Shown here: one piece after another, positions 55,648-64,000 of the stretch
Layout: each line of letters starts with the position of its first letter
How positions within the stretch are numbered: the first letter of the stretch is position 1
DNA from: Paramoeba atlantica
Lineage: Eukaryota > Protista > Discosea
Assembly (NCBI GenBank): GCA_977017575.1
Contig: CDRNVI010000046.1
Coordinates: forward strand, 150,630 to 214,629
Length of the DNA: 64,000 nucleotides
Direction of reading: 5' to 3'
The notes under the pieces: generated by a model
What the model was told of the DNA's origin: nothing
The model's input: only the letters and a program-made list of their open reading frames with translations
The model's database searches: none
Made by a program: the position numbers and the translations under genes

Positions 55648-58600
55648 CTAAGATCGAAGTCCTCCGATCCAGTTCTCCTTCGGGATGTAATGACGAAGTT
55701 GCGAAACAACCGTGTATGCCGTCATCTTTTCGATTTCGAGCTGAAGGGCTTGCCGTACGTTTTCGTATTTTAACTGGGCTCGGTTCGCCAACGCCTTCAA
55801 CAGCACTTTCGTGTCGTTATGTAGTAGGCCACAATCAGTTGTGGCCAGGCAACGAAAAGAATCGCTATCGACGCCTTTTTCTACGACGTATTTCTTGAAC
55901 TTCTTATCAATAACTTGCTGCATCAGTGCTGTGCTAGTTTGTTTGGCATAGCTGGCGCAGCAAGTGTGAACAACGGTGAAATCGTACAGGACTTCCCCCA
56001 TGTGGGGCCACATGATGGCAAGGTCGGGGCCAGAACGAATGCGGCGGGCTTTGCACGGATGTTGCTCGGAAACCTCGGCTGAGATGGTGCATTTACATTT
56101 CGTGCAGAAATAGGAGGAATATATGCGTGGCTCAATGACCGAAGGCAATCCAGCTTTGGAACACAAATCGGCGAGATAACGGACGATGTGGGAGTGCTTG
56201 CGCGTACAGTTCATTCCTGAGCACCGGGAGCATCCTGCGACGTGGGAAATGATACTGGAAGGCGACTCTTGACTGCAGCAGCCCGGACAAGTAATCTTAG
56301 CGGGTGCTTTCGAAAGACCGATTCCCAAGCGCATCATAAGCGTGTAGCGAAAAAGGTACGGATTTATATAATTACTAGTGCTCTCGAGATGAAGATTTGC
56401 TTCTTTCGTGCGCTTCAAGATGTGTTCTATTCGACCGTTTTTCTTCAACTCTGCCAGTTGTTTCTCGTGCTCAGTGGTCATTTTCTTCTTCAGTAGCTTT
56501 TGAGCAATTTCTCCGCGACTCTGAGCCTTCGCGCTTGTTTTGTTCCCGCCTGTAAGATCTACCGGAGCGTAAGTGGGTTGAAAGTGCTCATCAATAGATG
56601 TTTGGGCGGATTCAAAAAAGAACTTTTGCTTGAGAACGGAGGAAATCAGACCTAAGCCACCAAACTTTTGTGGGAGTTTCCCGTAGGTGCAGGAACGCTG
56701 CCTCGAGCGATTTCACATTTTTGGAGCTTAGAGTCACGTCGTCTTGATATGCTCGAATATTGACATCGGGATAGAGGCCGGCAACTTCACGAAGTGGTCC
56801 CTGTAAAAGCGCGCAGAAATACATCGAAGATAGAGCAGACCCTTGACGAATTCCAGAGGTGCTGTCGATGGTTGCGAAAAGGGAGTTATGCGCAAAGAAA
56901 AGTAGCTCGGAAGGAAGCCCATATTCTAGAAAGAAAAGCCGCATAAAGGGTTTGAAAATCGGATTCTCGGTCAGTGACTTTGCAATGGCATCGCGATGTG
57001 GTGTGTTATATGCGTTGCTAAAATCCACCGTCATCAGTGCATGTCCCTCGTCGTATTCTCGCAACAACTCATGAATAATGGACTCACACGCATTTTTATG
57101 GAGCACTCCTCGTTGGATAGGCGCAAAGAAACCCTTTAGATTAGATTCGTGTCGCTGAAGCAAGATCGATCCGCATATTTTCAAAATGGTGTCACCCATG
57201 GCTACCGGTCGTATTCCATTTTGTGGCTTCGGGAGGGCAATTATTCTACATCGTGTGAGTCGCTTTCGAACGCTAAAAGGAATCTCACCGTTGATGACAT
57301 CACGGATCATGTGGCATAATGAAAGGCACGCTTCATCGTCATCGGCGAGCAACCGCACCATGCTTTCACTTAATCCACTCGGCCCTGGAGAGGCTCCCTT
57401 TGCCAATCTTTCGACTGCTAGGCGGAATTCCGATTGTTCGACAACAGCTATCCTAGGAAAATCAGCTATAGGGATGTCAATGGCGGGGCCTTCTGGATGA
57501 AGCTCTTTGAGTTTCCGAACTTTTTCCTCGGCTGTCAGCGGGGAATCTCGATAAATGTTGTCGAGAATGCGGACCGCTTTACCAGTATTCCCAGCTTGCG
57601 CCGTGTTTAAAGCATTGCGAATCGAGCGTTTGTCTATTTGTAGTTCTTCACGTTCTTCAGGGGTGAGGGAGTTTTCCGCGTCAAGATGCTCCATCTTTCT
57701 GACATGGCCTACAGTTGTGGTTCGTCTAGCTAAGGTGCGAACTGAAGCCAAGGAGTCTCGAGGGGCGTTGAGGAATTTGTGCCATATTGCTTCCTTTTCA
57801 GAGTCGAGCTTTGCATTTGAGTAACCGCGGATGATGGCACGGAAGATAGCCACCACATGGACTGAGAAAGATGGATCAATTCGCGCCATATGTGGCAGAG
57901 GTTCGAGATCACTTTGACCATCTTCAGATGAAATTTTAGATGCTTCTTCTTCAAAGTTCTTTGCCTGCACCTCAACTTTAACAAGTTTAGTCGCCCGAAG
58001 ACTACAAATTTTGATTTTGCTAGATTGGGGAAGATAAAGAAAACCTTTGGGGCCGTCGTTCCCAGGAGCTGGCTCATAGGAAATCTTAATTTTCACCTGC
58101 CCTTGTCTTGCGGATCGTCCAACTACCGTTCCTTTGGATTTGTATGTCGTAGAGCTTTGTCGAAAACCCCATTCCATCACGCATTCCGTACCTTTTCCCC
58201 AATGTGCTACAACTTTGTGAACATGATCTGCTGCTTTAAAGTTGTTGCTGTTCGTCCCCATCAGTCGCTCCACCTCGCTTTCGCTATCCAGTGACATGGT
58301 GTCGTCGACTCCAGCGACATCGTGATCGTAGTCCGAGTCGTCATTTTCCATTTCGTTCCCGTTCGGAATATTGTCTGCTGCCGGATGCTGCGCTGAAGTT
58401 TTACAATCAATGGTGGATTTGATCGCGCGATCCAAATTAAATCTCTGCGAAGTAATTTTAATGATGTTTTTATTGTCGGCTTGAGATGGAGTTTTGTTTT
58501 GTTCGTCCAGTGTCATCCCGTGATCGACCCAATTTTTCGACAGGGGCGTAGACCCAATGATGCGGATGCGTGGGGTCTTCTTAGGTTTCTCCGACGCCGA

Positions 58601-58778
58601 AGCCATACTCTTCACCTCGTTGTTCTCATTGTTGTTCTGCTCTTGTTTTCGTAATTTTACCGTCAATCTACATGATTTCACACCGAAGCCTTTCGACGTC
58701 TGAGTTCCACGGGCAAGGCGTGCCATGAAGCGATTAAAAAAGAGTAGAAAAAGAAAAATAATTCAACAAGGTACAGAA
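55648..58778 (-). pseudogene. SL-headed CRE-like element with native start, one internal deletion near 56660
   Basis: TTCTGTACCTTGTTG at 58764-58778, 37-nt leader, ORF 56612-58726 (N-domain, RT to YQDD) and 55648-56481 (endonuclease). Confidence 0.9.
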
Positions 58779-59094
58779 TATAAGTAAACAACTATGACTA
58801 ATATAATCACACATCGAAATCGTCCCGAAATCCAAGAACGTATAGTAGATAGAATTCACACGCTTATACCTCGTTCAAAAGAAAAACATTCTCGGAGGCA
58901 TTTCTCCTGTGAAATCCTATAAGCTCCCTACAGCAGGAAGCCACGTAGGAAAATGAGAAATGTGCTCCTTCCCCCCTTCTCTCAATTTTCGAAGAGAAAC
59001 TATCTCCGTATAAAATAGAAAATATATAATATTTAGATGTCAACGGATATTATCTCTCAGCTATTTCACCATTATAGAATATTTCTAAAATCTA

Positions 59095-60420
59095 TTACTT
59101 GTCTTCGAGGTGCTCCCGAAGTTGGGAGTATACCACGAGGCCGTTGAAGTTTTGCAACAGTAGCTTGAACGAGAGTTCCGTCTCGCGGGCGTTCAGAAGA
59201 CAAGCGTCTGCCAAGGCTCTGATCAGATTGCGTGTGTTCGCGTGTAGTGATCCGGAGGACAGAATCGGAATGCATTGGAACGATTCTTGGGCGATCATTC
59301 CCGTTGCGACGTAAGTTTCCATTTTGCGATGAATGACGTCACGGATCAATTGAGAGCTTTTCTTATTTATGTGGGAAGGTGTCATCTCGTGCACGACGGT
59401 AAGATCATAAAATATAGCTCCTGTGTCCCAGTATATCACAAGGTCTGGCCCAGATCGATGAAGGTGCCGTCCTGTACATATTTTGCTGTGCGTAGGTTGG
59501 CTTTCTCGGCTTACCACATTTCTACACGTAGTGCACGTCCAGTTACTGAATGCTCGAGGTTCACTCTCACATGGTATCCCTGCGCGCATGCAAAGGTCGT
59601 GGAAGAATTTCACCAGCATGTTGTGCTTCACGGAGGCATTGATACCAGAGCATTGCGCACATCCACTGATGTGAGTGAGAGCTGATCTGTTGTCGAGTAT
59701 GGAACGGCATCCTGGGCATAGCAAGCTTTTCGGCAGGCGCGGATGTTCTATCCCCAATCTCGGCATTATGGCTAATTCAAAAACGTGGGGTGGAATATAT
59801 CTCGTATGTGACATAAGCCAGTCGTAACTCCCTTTGGTGGTAGTGGCCCTCAGGATTGGTGCTATTTCTGGATCGTTAAAGAGTTTGTTCCAGGCATGTT
59901 CGTGGAGTTTCGCAGCTGTGGCGAGTTCGTCTGTAGGGGGGGGTGACGTATTTTTCTGAACTGAATTTACGCTGTCGGTGCACCTGGCTTCCGTTGACGT
60001 GGCTCGAGCTGAAAAGGATTTTCTTTGCTTCAGAGCCGCGTGTCTGGACGCATTGTATGCTGCTTCTCGCGTGTGGTAGCATGGCGTGAGACCCAACCCT
60101 CCCTTCTTAATTGGTAGACGTGCGATGTCCATCTGTTGTTTTTGCAATTTACCCAACCAGGTTTCTAGGACTTCTTCCACTTGATTGTCGAAGAGCTGTG
60201 CGCATTTTTCGGTGGCCGCTGGGCTGTGCACTCTCATGTGAAATTGCTGTCGTACATTGACACACTTCGACAGGATTATAAGCGATGCGTTGCTCATGCC
60301 CATCGATTTCAGTCGTCTGAATATGTCCTTGTGTTTGTCGACTCGCTGTAGTAACTTCTCACTTATCGTTTCCTCCTTCCCTATAAACGCTCCAAGAATT
60401 TTGGTAGCATCTTCTTCATT
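59095..60420 (-). pseudogene. CRE-like element, second subfamily, 5' truncated
   Basis: KGGLGL, CPGC..HISGC, PDL, FYDLTVVH. Confidence 0.87.
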
Positions 60421-60432
60421 TCAAAAGAAAGC

Positions 60433-60545
60433 CTGCATAAAACCAAAAATCATATGTCACGTTGTTAACGGGGTTCCCCCCCACCGGAACCCTCGGCCAA
60501 ATGGCTGGGGGCTTGGTGGGTGGGCACAAAAACTTAAACGTAGTA
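60433..60545 (-). repeat. Remnant of a family-D-like B/A terminal-repeat junction
   Basis: Matches 25262-25355 (GTTAACGGGGTTCCCCCCACCGGAACCCTCG..CAAATGGCTGGGG). Confidence 0.7.
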
Positions 60546-61036
60546 CGACTAACAACTTTTTTGCGATTAATAGGGGGGGAGAAGTATGAAACGCGGCATT
60601 GCCTCTATATTACCCAATACATGAACCATGAAGGTCCATTGGGGGGGGTATATGATTTGTAAACAAGCAATCAAATTAGCAATTTCACATGTTGTAGCCC
60701 AAAACTAGTAATTTAACCTGCCTTAAGTTATTTATGATTCTGATAACAATAATAATAAAAAAGGAAGCAATCCACGCCCAATCCATCCGCGCGTTCCGGA
60801 CCGGGTCTTTCGACCTCACCACGGCCTGACTTGTGGACCCTTCCCTTTTAATATGGGAGGGCGCAGGCGCGGGCCTGTGTCGACAGCGACACGGTCGCGA
60901 AACAGGATGCTGGCCGACGGGGAGGAGATTCACTACCCGTGTACTACCTCACTTGGGGTACCTAGCCTTTTTTTTGTCATCCCCCGAGCCCATTAGCGCA
61001 CGCCCCTACGGTACCAGTTTTGTACCGCGGCATGCG

Positions 61037-61561
61037 CTATCTTTTGCAATCCATGGCATGGACACAGAAATCCTCGTTTTTGACGGCTGCGCCACACACA
61101 CATTGGATTTTAGGCTCGGGGGTGGGGGCCACCATGTACCGGAGTCTAGCGGCGGTCTCCCATTCGGGATCCCGTATGTAGTACTCCGGCCTGCTCGGCC
61201 ACGCATTCATCCACTTGGTGGAGTGGATGTTCTGAATCTGTCGCATGCAGACCAGATGCGTGGCGGACGATGCCTTGTCCATAACCGCCGCCCCATAAGC
61301 GCGTCGCTGCTCCCTGGCTGGGGTGCCAGGGGGTCGGCCTTGTAAGGCCTTGACGGCTTTGGCCTGCATGTCCTCCGCCTTGTCTTCGAAGGGGATGATG
61401 CCCAGGATTCTTGGGTGAGGAATTCCAAGTCGTGCCATAACTGAGTTCTTCTCTTCTACGGATTCAACGGAGGGAGTCTTGATTTTGTTAATCTTCACTT
61501 CGTTAATCGACCAAATTTTGATCTTCGCGGATTGCGGAATATAACTACAACCCTGGCACAT
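61037..61561 (-). pseudogene. Divergent, internally deleted CRE-like remnant
   Basis: YIPQSAKIKIWSI resembles the N-domain end; WMNAWP..AARLRY..CVCG..HAMDC resembles the CRE zinc region. Confidence 0.6.
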
Positions 61562-61749
61562 GGAATGTTAATCAGGCAGAACTTCACGATATTCAAGTTC
61601 AAGTAAAATCAAAATTTCCATTGTGCAATTCTTTTCGTAAACTTTTATAGTTTTTTTTTCATTCTTATATTATATGTTCTTAGATTCTCAGCGTTAGATT
61701 CTCAGCGAATTGAAATCAGTGCACTGGCGAAGGCGCATTGTTCCGTGCT

Positions 61750-62944
61750 TTAGAAGGCATATTCCCGACTTTTGTCCTCCTTGCGAAGGTATCGACTCAG
61801 CTGTGAATATGCTACCGCACCATTAAGCTCCTGCAACAATAGCTGAAATTCGGCATAAACGCGTTTGCGCTGCATTCCACAGGCATCTGCGAGAGCATCC
61901 ATAAGAGCCTTCGTGTTTGAATGCATTGCACCCCCTGAGAGGACAGGTATACATTGAAAGCTTTCAGCCATGATCTTCCCGGTCTTGACGTATGTGTCAT
62001 GTTTTCGTCGACAGGCGTCGCGGAATAAATGTGCACACTTTGTGTCAAGGTTTGAGGGTGCCAATTCGTGGATGACTGTTAGATCGTAGTATATCTCGCC
62101 GGTTGCCCAATATATAACAATGTCAGGACCGGACCGATGAAACGACCGCCCACCACACGTTTTCTCGTGAAGTTTTCGGTGATTGGGGTTAACGATCTCG
62201 TTACATTGTGTGCAGCGGAAAGTTGACAGTGCACGGGGCTCCTTTTCGCACGGAATGCCTGTTTTCATACAGAGTTCGTAAATGAAGTTGACCAGAGTGT
62301 TGTGTTTAGTCGTGGCATTGAGACCACCGCATTTTGTACAGCCCATGATGTGTGTCAAGATTGAATCGGAGTCAAGAAGAATTCTGCAGCCGGGGCATGT
62401 GATGTGTGATGGCAGATCTGGGTGAGCGATCCCCAATCGGGGCATGACGGCGAGACTGAACAGGTGTGATGGTATGAGTCGCGCGTCAGAGTGCGTCCAT
62501 CCGTTATTGCCTTTGTGTGTTACTTTTTCGAGTACCTTCGCTATGTTTGATTGCTCGCGGGTCATCTTTTTCCAAATTTTGATGTGCTTTTGAGCCGCCG
62601 TCGTGGTTTCGTCTACCGGAGGTATGTTGCTCTGAAGGTGGTCCGCTGATCCAACATTTCGCTCCCTGATTCCATCTGTCCGAGCTGAATTGTTTATGTG
62701 GCGCTCAAGAACAGAGTGGCATGAGGAGCGGTACGCGGCCTCTCGCGTGGAAGAGCAGTCTGTCAAGCCAAGTCCTCCTTTTTTTGTGGGCATTCGCAGC
62801 AACGCGATTTGTTCATCCGAGAGATGTCCGAACCATGATGTAAGAACGTTTTCTACCTCTTTGTCGAATCGGGTCGCTAGTTCAGCTGAAGCGGTGGGGT
62901 TGTGTGCACGGAGGTGGTAGGCCTGTCTAACGTTTATACATCTG
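61750..62944 (-). pseudogene. CRE-like element, second subfamily, cut by the 10-bp array
   Basis: KGGLGL, CPGC..HIMGC, PDI, YYDLTVIH, KHDTY. Confidence 0.87.
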
Positions 62945-64000
62945 GAAGAGGAAGAAAGAGGAAGAAAGAGGAAGAAAGAGGAAGAAAGAGGAAGAAAGAG
63001 GAAGAAAGAGGAAGAAAGAGGAAGAAAGAGGAAGAAAGAGGAAGAAAGAGGAAGAAAGAGGAAGAAAGAGGAAGAAAGAGGAAGAAAGAGGAAGAAAGAG
63101 GAAGAAAGAGGAAGAAAGAGGAAGAAAGAGGAAGAAAGAGGAAGAAAGAGGAAGAAAGAGGAAGAAAGAGGAAGAAAGAGGAAGAAAGAGGAAGAAAGAG
63201 GAAGAAAGAGGAAGAAAGAGGAAGAAAGAGGAAGAAAGAGGAAGAAAGAGGAAGAAAGAGGAAGAAAGAGGAAGAAAGAGGAAGAAAGAGGAAGAAAGAG
63301 GAAGAAAGAGGAAGAAAGAGGAAGAAAGAGGAAGAAAGAGGAAGAAAGAGGAAGAAAGAGGAAGAAAGAGGAAGAAAGAGGAAGAAAGAGGAAGAAAGAG
63401 GAAGAAAGAGGAAGAAAGAGGAAGAAAGAGGAAGAAAGAGGAAGAAAGAGGAAGAAAGAGGAAGAAAGAGGAAGAAAGAGGAAGAAAGAGGAAGAAAGAG
63501 GAAGAAAGAGGAAGAAAGAGGAAGAAAGAGGAAGAAAGAGGAAGAAAGAGGAAGAAAGAGGAAGAAAGAGGAAGAAAGAGGAAGAAAGAGGAAGAAAGAG
63601 GAAGAAAGAGGAAGAAAGAGGAAGAAAGAGGAAGAAAGAGGAAGAAAGAGGAAGAAAGAGGAAGAAAGAGGAAGAAAGAGGGAGAAAGAGGAAGAAAGAG
63701 GAAGAAAGAGGAAGAAAGAGGAAGAAAGAGGAAGAAAGAGGAAGAAAGAGGAAGAAAGAGGAAGAAAGAGGAAGAAAGAGGAAGAAAGAGGAAGAAAGAG
63801 GAAGAAAGAGGAAGAAAGAGGAAGAAAGAGGAAGAAAGAGGAAGAAAGAGGAAGAAAGAGGAAGAAAGAGGAAGAAAGAGGAAGAAAGAGGAAGAAAGAG
63901 GAAGAAAGAGGAAGAAAGAGGAAGAAAGAGGAAGAAAGAGGAAGAAAGAGGAAGAAAGAGGAAGAAAGAGGAAGAAAGAGGAAGAAAGAGGAAGAAAGAG
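62945..64000. repeat. Purine-only 10-bp array (GAAGAAAGAG)n, at least 105 units, open at the window edge
   Basis: One variant unit at 63681. Confidence 0.98.

Noticed and set aside
1-64000. Canonical TTAGGG telomere, tRNA or rRNA genes, DNA transposase
   Set aside because: None recognised by eye on either strand

Overview
Eukaryotic window with no recognisable host gene: a dense nest of retroelements and tandem arrays. It carries the retroelement trio known from kinetoplastids. (i) Two Ingi/L1Tc-like non-LTR elements (APE-RT-RNase H). (ii) Five VIPER/TATE-like tyrosine-recombinase retroelements (gag, YR nested in pol, RT/RH); two are complete with Ngaro-type split direct repeats A1-ORFs-B1-A2-B2, and there is one 413-bp mini-derivative. 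(iii) About 15 broken CRE/SLACS-like elements (RT plus restriction-like endonuclease). A 39-nt spliced-leader-like sequence (AATCTTTGACGATAAAGATACAGTTTCTGTACCTTGTTG) and four 3' fragments of it head retroposed sequences, which points to a euglenozoan (probably kinetoplastid) host with a divergent SL. Arrays: 153-bp, 18-bp (about 8.5 kb) and 10-bp. Main signals: the 18-bp array lies inside the TSD of an intact Ingi-like element as its 5' head and recurs in the same polarity at a broken pol end; a VIPER element integrated into the array in register; an in-phase -1 slippery heptamer is conserved at the gag/pol overlap of four VIPER families; an SH3/Tudor-like domain appears shared by VIPER gag and CRE ORFs; and a palindrome-array element is unexplained. 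All calls were made by eye; no database searches were run.
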